Shown one piece after another: positions 6,701 through 15,089 of a stretch of DNA of 64,000 nucleotides. This DNA comes from an uncultured Coriobacteriaceae bacterium. GTDB taxonomy: Bacteria > Actinomycetota > Coriobacteriia > Coriobacteriales > Coriobacteriaceae. The DNA is taken from assembly GCA_963931605.1 (NCBI GenBank), contig OZ007031.1, forward strand, positions 913,332 through 977,331, in the 5' to 3' direction. A model generated the notes under the pieces. It searched no databases, was not told where the DNA came from, and was given only the letters and a program-made list of their open reading frames with translations. The translations under genes and the position numbers were made by a program. Numbering within the stretch: position 1 is the first letter of the stretch; every line of letters starts with the position of its first letter.

Positions 6701-7918
6701 TTACTCCTCCGCTCCACCGCCCAGCAGGCGCAGGGTGCCCATGAGGACCTGGGCCACGCGGTCGCTGGCGTCGGCGGCGCGGCGCAGAACCTCGTCGCGC
6801 GTGAGATCGGCGTCGCAGGCCCCGTGGGTCACCAGCGTGAGCCCCATGACCTCCATCCCTAACGCCCGAGCCATGATGACCTCGCACACGGCGCTCATGC
6901 CCACATACCGCGCGCCCAATGCGCGAAGCATTCCCGCCTCGGCCGGCGTCGGATAGCTCGGGCCTAGAAGCGCCGCGTACACGCCCTCGTCAAGCGCAAC
7001 GCCTGCCTCCTCGGCCGCCGCGCGCGCAAAGGCACGCAGGTACGGGGAGTACGTCTCGCCCATCGGCACAAACGGCGTGTCGACCATCGAGCCGACGGTA
7101 CGGCATGCCAGCGGGTTTCTCCCCGTGAGGTTGAGGTGGTCGGCGATAAGCCCGACGGTGCCGGGCGCAACATCCTCGTCGAGCCCGCAGGTGCCGCACG
7201 AGAAGATCACGTCGCGGCAGCCGATCCGGTGCGCGTGGCGCACGAGCGCCGTGACCTCGAGCTCGGAGAATCCCTGGTACAGATGGATGCGCCCAGGGTA
7301 CACCACCACCGGCACGCCCTCGATGGTACCAACCAGCGCCTCGAACACGTGGCCCTCAACCGGGCGCGCGTCATCGGGGAAGCCCTCGATGTCGGTATAC
7401 GGGATGCGCCGCACCACGCGCACGCACTGGGCGAGGTCGCCCATCTCGCTGCCCAGCATGATGGCAACCGGATGCTCCACGCTCGGCTCGCAATACGCTA
7501 CCTTTTCCTCGTTCACCACGGGTATCCCCTCTTTCCTGATAAGCTCGGCGGCAACGCCCCAGCCCGGCACGAGCCGGCCGGAGAACGTGCCGTCGTAGAT
7601 GCGGCCGGAGCCGCACGACGGACTCTTGGCCTTCAATATAGCAAGCCGCACGTGCGCCGCCTGGGCGCGCGCCAGGGTTTTGCGGGCACCGGTGGCAAAC
7701 GCCGCGCTAACGTCGTGCCCGGCGGCGTCCAGCACCCGCACACCTGCGCGCTCGGCCGGCGGTCGCGGGCGAGAAAGGCCGCCTGCCGTCTCGGGGCACA
7801 CGCCCACCACGCCCGCACCCAGGCGCGCAGCCAGCCTCTGCACCGCCGCGTTGGGCCGCGCCTCCCCGTCGAACCGGCAGGGCTTTCCCAGCAGGCATGC
7901 GCTTATCGCCACGTTCAT
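6701..7918 (-). CDS. fusion protein: DUF523 (TudS-like Fe-S) domain + trimeric-type purine nucleoside phosphorylase domain, 405 aa
   Basis: N-terminal half has ACLLGKPCRFDGE, GVCPE and KAKSPSCGSG (DUF523 cysteines). C-terminal half has GRIHLYQGFS, ADHLNLTG, GPSYPTPAE and MSAVCE (PunA/MTAP-like). AGGAG RBS precedes ATG 7918. Confidence 0.8.
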   Translation of the reverse strand: MNVAISACLLGKPCRFDGEARPNAAVQRLAARLGAGVVGVCPETAGGLSRPRPPAERAGVRVLDAAGHDVSAAFATGARKTLARAQAAHVRLAILKAKSPSCGSGRIYDGTFSGRLVPGWGVAAELIRKEGIPVVNEEKVAYCEPSVEHPVAIMLGSEMGDLAQCVRVVRRIPYTDIEGFPDDARPVEGHVFEALVGTIEGVPVVVYPGRIHLYQGFSELEVTALVRHAHRIGCRDVIFSCGTCGLDEDVAPGTVGLIADHLNLTGRNPLACRTVGSMVDTPFVPMGETYSPYLRAFARAAAEEAGVALDEGVYAALLGPSYPTPAEAGMLRALGARYVGMSAVCEVIMARALGMEVMGLTLVTHGACDADLTRDEVLRRAADASDRVAQVLMGTLRLLGGGAEE

Positions 7919-8074
7919 ACGCGCTCCTTCACTCGCGCGCCGCGCCGCACGTTCCCGCGCCGCGGCAGAACAAAGCGGGCGACCGCCGCAACAGCCGCCC
8001 GCCCTTCTCGCCCAAACCGTGTAAACCCAGGCAACCTGCGCACGCATGCACGCGGCGCCCCGGCCCGTGCCGCC

Positions 8075-9292
8075 TTAGATGTACACGCCGTAGATGTCGA
8101 CGTTGGCGTTGGCGTACAGGCTGTTGATGTAGTTGGCCCAGGTCTCCTGGCCCTCGCTCGCCTGGCTGGCGTACTGCTGGTAGGCCACGTAGTAGGCGGT
8201 CTGCGCCTGCGTGTACGTGGCGCCGTCGGCGTTCCACTCCTCGCCGGAGAGCGCCTGGTAGTACGGGCCGTCCTCGCTCGCCCACGTGCCGGTCTCGCTG
8301 TCCCACTCATCGCCGGCCAGGTTGATGATGTAGTCGGCGTACTTCTTGTCCACCGTCTCGTTGTTGCCGTCGGCCGGCTCCTCGGGGGCCTCGGGCGCCG
8401 TTGCGGAGGCGCCGTCGGGCACAACCTGCTCGTAGAGCTTCTGCTGGGTGCAGTTGTCGCGCACGATCTGCTTGGCCTGGTCGGTGGTCACGCCGTACTG
8501 CTCGGCCAGCGCGTCGTAATCAGAGCTGCCCAGCGCCTGCTCGGCGTAGGAGGCCATGTCGTCGTCGGAGACCTCGATGCCGCGGCTCGCCGCGTCGTCA
8601 AGCAGGATCTGCGTGCGCACGTAGCCCAGCACCGTGTCTGCCGAGGGGGCGGCGTAGGTGCCGTCGTCGTTCTTCACGTTGTCGACGCTGTACTGCGTCT
8701 CGATGGCCTGGCGCGCCGTCACGTCGTGGCGCGCGCCGTTGTAGGTGTAGGTGGCCACCACGTCGTCCAGCTGACTTTCGGAAAGCGCGGCGGTGCCGGT
8801 GCCCTTGCCGCCAAAGCCGCCGGAACCCAGCAGGTAACCGCCCACGGCAAACACCACCGCAGCGATGATCACCGCAGCAATGGCGATCGGCAGCTTCACG
8901 TTGCTCCCGCCGTTGCCCGAACCGCCCGCGCGGGCGGGGCCCTTCTCTTCGCTCATGGCCATCCCTTCGTCTGCGCTGCCTTGAACGTCCCGGTCGTCTG
9001 CGCCCGTCGAGAAGTGCGCACCCGTGTGCGCATCCTTCTCGGCCGCCGCGTCCTCGCCTTCCGCTGCCGCCCGCTCGCGCGCCAGCCGCTCGGAGGTGGC
9101 TCGGTTGAGCTGCGCCTCCTGCTCGAGCATGGCCTGGTGCGCAGCCTCGGCGTCGGCCGCAGGGTCCTTCGCGCGGCCGATAAGCTCCACCGGGTTGTCT
9201 GCCTCCGGGTCGGGGCCGGCGCCGCGCTCGATGATCTCGATGTCGCGGTCCTCCTCGTCGCGGAAGTCGTCCTTCTTAACCACAAGGCCCAT
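8075..9292 (-). CDS. membrane-anchored hypothetical protein (acidic N-terminus, one TM helix, SurA-N-like extracytoplasmic region), 405 aa
   Basis: TM segment LPIAIAAVIIAAVVFAVGGYLLG. AGGAGG RBS precedes ATG 9292. Codon bias looks coding. Function not recognised. Confidence 0.65.
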   Translation of the reverse strand: MGLVVKKDDFRDEEDRDIEIIERGAGPDPEADNPVELIGRAKDPAADAEAAHQAMLEQEAQLNRATSERLARERAAAEGEDAAAEKDAHTGAHFSTGADDRDVQGSADEGMAMSEEKGPARAGGSGNGGSNVKLPIAIAAVIIAAVVFAVGGYLLGSGGFGGKGTGTAALSESQLDDVVATYTYNGARHDVTARQAIETQYSVDNVKNDDGTYAAPSADTVLGYVRTQILLDDAASRGIEVSDDDMASYAEQALGSSDYDALAEQYGVTTDQAKQIVRDNCTQQKLYEQVVPDGASATAPEAPEEPADGNNETVDKKYADYIINLAGDEWDSETGTWASEDGPYYQALSGEEWNADGATYTQAQTAYYVAYQQYASQASEGQETWANYINSLYANANVDIYGVYI

Positions 9293-9518
9293 CGCGGCCC
9301 TCCTTCTTCTCAAACCTGTGCAAGCCGCGCCGCCGACAAAAGCCGCGCGCGGCGCCTCGCACCTATTGTGACGCATGCGCCCGCGCCGCGCGCGCAAACC
9401 CACGGCCTGCCCGCATACGTGAAACAGGCCTGAACAGGCGCGTCCCACGCAAGGGCCCAGCCGCTCCGCCTGCGGCGTGCGCAACCCGCGTCTGACAACG
9501 CCCGGCTGCGCCCCGAAC

Positions 9519-10601
9519 CTACAGCGCGGCGATCACCGCGTCGGCGTAGGCCTGCGTGCCGGCTGCGCCCTCGGCAGAGCCCGTCAGCGCGCGCTTCACG
9601 TCGCCGGTGACGACCTCGCCGGCGGCAAGCGTGGCGCGCACCGCGCACCGGATGCGGTCGGCCGCCTCGCGCTCGCCCAGGTGGTCCAGCAGCATCGCCG
9701 CCGAGAGGAACTCGGCCGTGGGGTTGGCCAGGTCCTTGCCGGCGATATCGGGCGCCGAGCCGTGCGTGGGCTCGAAGATGGCGCAGTCCGCGCCGATGTT
9801 GGCGCCCGGCGCCATGCCGAGCCCGCCCACCAGGCCGGCCGTGAGGTCGCTCACGATGTCGCCGTAGAGGTTCGGCAGCACCAGCACGTCGAAGTCCTCG
9901 GGGTGCATCACCAGCCCCATGCAGGTGGCGTCCACGATCTTGTCCTCGAAGGCGATGTCGGGGTAGCCGGCGGCAACCTCGCGCGCCACGCGCAGAAACA
10001 GCCCGTCGGTGGCCTTCATGATGTTGGCCTTGTGCACCGCCGTGACCTTCTTGCGGCCCTGGCGCCGCGCGTACTCGAAGGCGTAGCGCACGATGCGCTC
10101 CGACCCTGCGCGCGAGATCGGCTTGACCGAGATCGCCGCGTCCTCGCGGATGGCGCCCGCGCCCTCGGCGGCCACCAGCTCGCGCAGCGCGTCGGCGCCG
10201 GGTGTGCCGACGTCGAACTCGATGCCGGCGTAGAGGTCCTCGGTGTTCTCGCGGATCACCGTGAGGTCCACGCCCTCGTAGCGCGAGCCGTCGCCGGGCA
10301 TCGACACGCAGGGGCGCACGCAGGCGTACAGGTCGAAGGCGCGGCGCAGCGCCACGTTCACGCTGCGGAAACCCGTCCCCACCGGCGTGGTGACCGGGCC
10401 CTTGATGGCCACGCCCACCTCGCGCACCGCCTCGAGCACGTGCTCGGGCAGCGGCGTGCCGTACTGCTCGATCACGCCGGCGCCGGCCTCGACCACGCGC
10501 CAGGAAACGCTGACGCCCGCCGCCTCGACCACGCGGCGCATCGCGCCGGTGATCTCGGGACCGATGCCGTCGCCGGGAATGAGCACCACCTCGTGCGTCA
10601 T
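9519..10601 (-). CDS. isocitrate/isopropylmalate dehydrogenase-family enzyme, probably NAD-dependent isocitrate dehydrogenase, 360 aa
   Basis: Motifs LIPGDGIGPE, IKGPVTTP, VIRENTEDLYAG, NLYGDIVSDL and HGSAPDIAG. The ATGA overlap with the upstream gene suggests translational coupling. Confidence 0.85.
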   Translation of the reverse strand: MTHEVVLIPGDGIGPEITGAMRRVVEAAGVSVSWRVVEAGAGVIEQYGTPLPEHVLEAVREVGVAIKGPVTTPVGTGFRSVNVALRRAFDLYACVRPCVSMPGDGSRYEGVDLTVIRENTEDLYAGIEFDVGTPGADALRELVAAEGAGAIREDAAISVKPISRAGSERIVRYAFEYARRQGRKKVTAVHKANIMKATDGLFLRVAREVAAGYPDIAFEDKIVDATCMGLVMHPEDFDVLVLPNLYGDIVSDLTAGLVGGLGMAPGANIGADCAIFEPTHGSAPDIAGKDLANPTAEFLSAAMLLDHLGEREAADRIRCAVRATLAAGEVVTGDVKRALTGSAEGAAGTQAYADAVIAAL

Positions 10602-11287
10602 TGTTCGTCGTCCTCCTCCCCGCCCGCCTTGCGCGAGCGCTTAGCCTCGGGGTTCTCGAGCGCGAACCGCTCTACCAATAGATGGTAAATCTCGGCGGAG
10701 CGCGCCTTCAAGTAGTTGCCCTTACCGTTTTCAGCATCGAAACGAAGCCGCGCGGCAAGCTGCTCGGCCACGCTCGCGTCGATGGCGCCGCCGGCGAAGG
10801 CGAGCAGGCAGCCCAGCATGTCGCGGTACTCCAAGTCGCCGTGGTAGCACTGGACGGCCTCGTCCACGACCGGCCACACCTGAAGCGACGCGTCCTTGTC
10901 GCACGCGCCCCACGCCGTCAGGAAGCGGAAGGCCGACAGGCGCAGCGTGGCCGAGTCCTCGTCGAACAGCGCCGCCTCGGCGCCGTCGAGCGCCCCGTCG
11001 AGCCCCTCGCGGCTCACGGGCACCAGAAGCGTCAGCGCGTCGAGCACCTCCCAGCGCGTCTGGGCCTCGGGGCGGTACAGCGCGTCCACCAGCTCGTCCA
11101 CGAACCCCGTCAGAAGCGAGGGCTCGCGCTCGGCCAGCAGGTACACCACGTGCGCCGCGAACTGGCGCTTCCGCCGGGTCTGCCCCTCGAGCTCCTCCAC
11201 CAAGCGCGCCAACGCCTCGCGGTCGTGCTCGACGCGCTCCAGCTCCTGCTCGTCGCGCTCGTCCATCTGCTCCTCCGTACGTGCCAT
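10598..11287 (-). CDS. hypothetical protein (helical-repeat-like), 229 aa
   Basis: GGAGG RBS before ATG 11287. The 4-nt overlap with the downstream dehydrogenase gene is consistent with coding. No recognisable catalytic motif. Confidence 0.6.
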   Translation of the reverse strand: MARTEEQMDERDEQELERVEHDREALARLVEELEGQTRRKRQFAAHVVYLLAEREPSLLTGFVDELVDALYRPEAQTRWEVLDALTLLVPVSREGLDGALDGAEAALFDEDSATLRLSAFRFLTAWGACDKDASLQVWPVVDEAVQCYHGDLEYRDMLGCLLAFAGGAIDASVAEQLAARLRFDAENGKGNYLKARSAEIYHLLVERFALENPEAKRSRKAGGEEDDEQ

Positions 11288-11422
11288 GTATACCTCCGTA
11301 ACCCTGATGCGTTTCCCTCTGTATGCGAGAAGGGCGGCTCGGACAGGTTCCGGGCCGCCTGAAGACGCCTGCCGGCGGGGAGGCCGCAGCCGCAGCCCCG
11401 CGCCCCGCCCGCAGGCGCGCCG

Positions 11423-11887
11423 TTATCCCTTGCGCGAGCGACGGCCCGCAGCGCGCTTGCCGCCCGCGGGGTCCGCCGTCTTAGGCGCGTCGCCGCCCAC
11501 CGAGATGAGGTCGGGCTCGTCTGCGCCCTCGGCGCGGCGGCGCCGGCGCGCAGCCCCCGCCCCGCTCGCCGCGGCGCGCTGGTGCGCCTTGTTGATGTTG
11601 AAGAACCGGTCCACGAACTTCCACGGGCCCACGGACTCGCCGAAGGCCATCTTGAGCCCCGTGAGCCCGCCGGCGATGATGCCCACCGGCACCGCCTCGA
11701 GCAGCACCAGGCCGGCCGCGCCGATCAGCGCCCCCAGCACGATGCCGCCTGCGAGAAGCGCCGCGTTCATCCCCCAGAACTCGCCTGCGGTGACGGCGCG
11801 CTCGCCCAGCTCGGTGCCCAGGCGGAACCCGATGAGGATGCCCAGCACGCCGAGCACCGCGAAGCTCACGACAAACGCTATCTCCAC
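11423..11887 (-). CDS. small membrane protein with basic C-terminal tail, 154 aa
   Basis: Three to four hydrophobic helices (FVVSFAVLGVLGILIGF, ALLAGGIVLGALIGAAGLVLL, VGIIAGGL). GTG start lies 3 nt after the upstream stop, with GAGGAG RBS. Confidence 0.6.
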   Translation of the reverse strand: MEIAFVVSFAVLGVLGILIGFRLGTELGERAVTAGEFWGMNAALLAGGIVLGALIGAAGLVLLEAVPVGIIAGGLTGLKMAFGESVGPWKFVDRFFNINKAHQRAAASGAGAARRRRRAEGADEPDLISVGGDAPKTADPAGGKRAAGRRSRKG

Positions 11888-11890
11888 GCG

Positions 11891-12973
11891 CTACTCCTCG
11901 CTGGCGTCGTGATGGTGGCAGCACGAGCCGTCCTCGTGGGCGTGGTCGTGTCCGCAGGTGCACTCGTGGTCGTCCTCGTGATGGTGGCCGCAGCCGCACT
12001 CCTCGCCATGGCCGTGGTCATGGCCGCAGCCGCACTCGTCGTCCTCGTGGGCGGCCGTGTACAGCGACCAGTCAAGCCCGGCCGCCACCGCGTCGGCCTC
12101 CTCCTGGTACAGCAGCGTGATGCCCTGGGTGCCCATCTCGGAGCCGCCGATGGCGTCGAGCATGTCGTAGAGGGTGAAGGCGGTCTCGGCGCCGGGCAGC
12201 GCGATCTCCTTGTCCTCGGCGGTCTGCAGCGCCAGGCCCAGGTCCTTCAGGAAGTGCTTGACCATGAAGCCGGGCTTGTAGTCGCCGTCGAGCGCCAGCG
12301 GGGCGAGCGAGCGCATGGCCCCGGAGTCGCCGGTGCCCGAGCAGATGAGGTCGCGCACCTGAGCCTGGTCAAGGCCGCACTGCTCGGCAAAGGCCAGCGC
12401 GTCGGCCATGCCCACCATGGCGCTGGCGAGCGCCACCTGGTTGGCGAGCTTGGCCTCCTGGCCCTTGCCCGCGCCGCCGAAGCAGCAGATCTTGGACGAG
12501 AAGGTCTCGAGGATGGGGCGCACGGGCTCGATGTCGCGCTCGGTGGCGCCCACGATGAGGGTGAGCGTGCCGGCCTCGGCGCCGGACTGGCCGCCGGTCA
12601 CCGGGCAGTCGAAGGCCACCTTGCCCATGACCTGCGCGGACTCGGCGATGTCGCGCGCAAGCTGCGGCGAGGAGGTCGTGAGGTCGATGAGGTAGGCGCC
12701 CTTCTTGGCGCAGCGCAGAAGCCCCTCGGTGGTGAGGTAGGTCTCCTCCACGTCCTCGGGGTAGCCCAGCATGGTGAAGACCACGTCGGCGCCGGCGGCC
12801 GCCTCGGCGGCGGAGTCGGCCCAACGCGCGCCGCGCTCGACGAGCGGCTCGGCCTTGGCCTTGGTGCGGTTATAGACGGTCAGCTCGTAGCCGGCGTCCA
12901 TGATGTGGCCGGCAATGGGCGCGCCCATGATGCCGGTGCCGATGAAAGCGACCTGCTGCTTGGTGTGTGCCAT
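11891..12973 (-). CDS. NAD(P)-dependent beta-hydroxyacid dehydrogenase family (HIBADH/6PGDH-NAD-binding) with His/Cys-rich C-terminal tail, 360 aa
   Basis: Rossmann motif VAFIGTGIMGAPIA and the SSPQLAR and VTGGQSGAEAGTL blocks. About 50-aa tail EDDECGCGHDHGHGEECGCGHHHEDDHECTCGHDHAHEDGSCCHHHD. AAGGAG RBS. Confidence 0.85.
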   Translation of the reverse strand: MAHTKQQVAFIGTGIMGAPIAGHIMDAGYELTVYNRTKAKAEPLVERGARWADSAAEAAAGADVVFTMLGYPEDVEETYLTTEGLLRCAKKGAYLIDLTTSSPQLARDIAESAQVMGKVAFDCPVTGGQSGAEAGTLTLIVGATERDIEPVRPILETFSSKICCFGGAGKGQEAKLANQVALASAMVGMADALAFAEQCGLDQAQVRDLICSGTGDSGAMRSLAPLALDGDYKPGFMVKHFLKDLGLALQTAEDKEIALPGAETAFTLYDMLDAIGGSEMGTQGITLLYQEEADAVAAGLDWSLYTAAHEDDECGCGHDHGHGEECGCGHHHEDDHECTCGHDHAHEDGSCCHHHDASEE

Positions 12974-13027
12974 GAACTAGCTCCTTACGCGGGGCCTTCC
13001 CCGCCTTGGGTACCGAAAGAGTGACGT

Positions 13028-13076
13028 GCGGGCGAGAAGCGCGCGGCGCTTGCGGGGCGAGGTTCTTCTCGCCCGC
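13028..13076. repeat. hairpin with 12-bp stem GCGGGCGAGAAG / CTTCTCGCCCGC
   Basis: Arms at 13028-13039 and 13065-13076. It carries the GGGCGAGAAG word also used in block C and in the palindromic elements. Confidence 0.7.
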
Positions 13077-13133
13077 GGGCTGCAGCCTGTCGGGGCCGCA
13101 ACTCCGCGCGCTTGGGCCGCGATCCCGTTCGCT

Positions 13134-13202
13134 GGGCCGGGGGCGATAAGGTTCCGAAATCCGATATCGGACGGATTTCGGGTTCTTATCGCCCCCGGCC
13201 CC
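13134..13202. repeat. ~70-bp palindromic intergenic element (copy 1 of 3)
   Basis: GGGCCGGGGGCGATAAGGTTCCGAAATCCG - atatcgga - CGGATTTCGGGTTCTTATCGCCCCCGGCCCC. It belongs to the same family as 41344-41415 and 44281-44348. Confidence 0.8.
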
Positions 13203-13239
13203 TTGGGGCAGCTGCCCCGCCGGAGTCGAGATGTTCCCC

Positions 13240-14202
13240 TTACGCCTCGCCGCGGACGCGCCGGGCGATGCGGTCGGACATGGAGACTTTCTCGGCGCGG
13301 TTCTTGCCCCAGAACAGCACCGCCACCATGCCCGGGCCCACGTGGGCGCCGATGGTGGGGCCCACCGAGCCGCGGATGATGTTGACGTCGGCGCAGCCCG
13401 GCTCCTTGCGGATGGCCGCCTCGAGCCAGTCGGCGTCCTTCTCGGCGTCGGCCGACACGATGGTCATGGGCAGGCCGGCCTCGTGGTCGTAGTTCTCGCG
13501 GAAGCTCTTGACCAGGTTCTTCAGCGCCTTCTTGCGACCGCGGGCAACGCCGGTGAGGGTGAGCGACCCGGTAAGGTCGAACGACAGCAGCGCCTTGATG
13601 TCGAGCTTGCTGGAAAGCTGGGCCGCCGCCGGCGGGATGCGGCCGCCCGCGGCAAGGGAGTGCAGGTTGTCCAGGGTGAAGTAGCCGTGCACGTAGCTTT
13701 TGGACTCTGCGGCCCACGCGGCGATCTCCTTGGCCGTAAGGCCCGCCGTGCGCTGGTGCACGGCCTCCAAGGCGATAAGCTCGCCGCCGGCGCAGGGCAG
13801 CGAGTTGTCGACCACGTACAGCTCGAAGCCGGGGTGGCTTGCGCGCACCTGCTCGGCCGCCTGGCACGCGGCGTCGTAGCTCGAGGAGAGCGCCGCCGGG
13901 AAGCACAGGTACACCGTGGGCGTGCCCTCCTCGGCGCAGCTCTCGAAGAACTCCAGGTAGCGGCCGATCGGCACGGCCGAGGTTGAGGCGCGCACGCCCG
14001 AGCGCAGGCGCTCGTAGAAGTCCTCGGGGGTGATGGAGGCCCACATGTCGTCGTCGTGCACCTCCCCGTCCAAGATGTAGGGGAAGCTCAGCACGTCCAC
14101 ATCGAGCGTTGCGGCAACGTCGGGGTTCAGGTCCGCGCAGGTGTCGATCACGATGCGGCAATGGTCATGGCGTGGCTCGGCGGTGTGGGAAAGGGTGGCC
14201 AT
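13240..14202 (-). CDS. DegV-family (fatty-acid-binding) protein, 320 aa
   Basis: Layout is typical of DegV: IVIDTCADL..., TSAVPIGRY, SSSYDAA, YFTLDNLHSLAAGGRI, GPTIGAHVGPG. GAGGAG RBS before ATG 14202. Confidence 0.85.
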   Translation of the reverse strand: MATLSHTAEPRHDHCRIVIDTCADLNPDVAATLDVDVLSFPYILDGEVHDDDMWASITPEDFYERLRSGVRASTSAVPIGRYLEFFESCAEEGTPTVYLCFPAALSSSYDAACQAAEQVRASHPGFELYVVDNSLPCAGGELIALEAVHQRTAGLTAKEIAAWAAESKSYVHGYFTLDNLHSLAAGGRIPPAAAQLSSKLDIKALLSFDLTGSLTLTGVARGRKKALKNLVKSFRENYDHEAGLPMTIVSADAEKDADWLEAAIRKEPGCADVNIIRGSVGPTIGAHVGPGMVAVLFWGKNRAEKVSMSDRIARRVRGEA

Positions 14203-14322
14203 TCTCGCTCCTCTCGCGTTGGGCGGCGGGAAAGCCCGCGGCGCCCGTACAAACGTGCAAAGCGGCCGCCCCGTACCAGGGCGGCCGCCCAACATGCACA
14301 GCTGTGTCGTATTGTACGCGCT

Positions 14323-14904
14323 CTACGCGGTCAGCTTGGGCTTGATGATGCCATATCCACCATTCTTACGGCGATAGATCACGTTGATGACACCGGTGAG
14401 CGAGTTCTCGAAGACGTAGAAGTCGTGCCCGATGAGGTCGGTCTCAACCAGGGCCTGCTCCTCGGTCATCGGGGTGATCTCGATGACCTTCTCGCGCACG
14501 AGCAGGTCGTCGGGCTCCTCTTCCTCCGGCTCGATAAGCTCGGCCAGGTCGTCGACGTGCTCGGCGGGGGCCACCTCGGCGGCAGACTCGCCGCGCTGGC
14601 GCCGGTCGACCACCTTGGTCTTGAACTTGCGCAGCTGGCGGGCGATCTTGTCAGCCGCAGCATCGATGGCCAGGTACATGTCGGAGCCGTGCTCGGCAAC
14701 GCGCACCACGTAGCCGCGGCAGCGCACCGTGACTTCCACGATGGCCGGCTGCGCGATGGAGGGGTTCTTCTCGTAGCGAAGCACGACGTCAACCGTCATG
14801 GGCTCGATATCAAAGACCTTGACGGCCGTCCCGATCTTCTCGTCAACATGAGCGCGCAGTGCGTCGGTGACCGTAGTTTTACGCCCAGAGACCGTGATTT
14901 CCAT
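14323..14904 (-). CDS. hpf: ribosome hibernation-promoting factor, long form, 193 aa
   Basis: MEITVSGRKTTVTDALRAHVDEKI at the N-terminus, AIDAAADKIARQLRKFK, and the C-terminal dimerisation domain IGHDFYVFEN...NVIYRRKNGGYGII. Confidence 0.9.
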   Translation of the reverse strand: MEITVSGRKTTVTDALRAHVDEKIGTAVKVFDIEPMTVDVVLRYEKNPSIAQPAIVEVTVRCRGYVVRVAEHGSDMYLAIDAAADKIARQLRKFKTKVVDRRQRGESAAEVAPAEHVDDLAELIEPEEEEPDDLLVREKVIEITPMTEEQALVETDLIGHDFYVFENSLTGVINVIYRRKNGGYGIIKPKLTA

Positions 14905-15089
14905 GCTCACTCCAATCTGTTGGGGACAGTACAACGTGCGTCTGCTGTGCTTGTACCCAAATTAGCGCGGGCATACGGCGTGCGTCCGGTAAGCGAAAAG
15001 GTCGGGCCGAGGTGTATACGGAGGCCGCACGTTGGATAAGGGCGCGGCACGCCCGTGCGGGCGAGAAGCGCCGGCGGCGGGCGCCGTCG

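Noticed and set aside
7136-9433. 765-aa plus-strand ORF
   Set aside because: It is a shadow ORF antisense to the DUF523-PNP gene and the membrane-anchored protein gene. It has an Arg/Ala/Gly/Val-rich composition and no recognisable motif.
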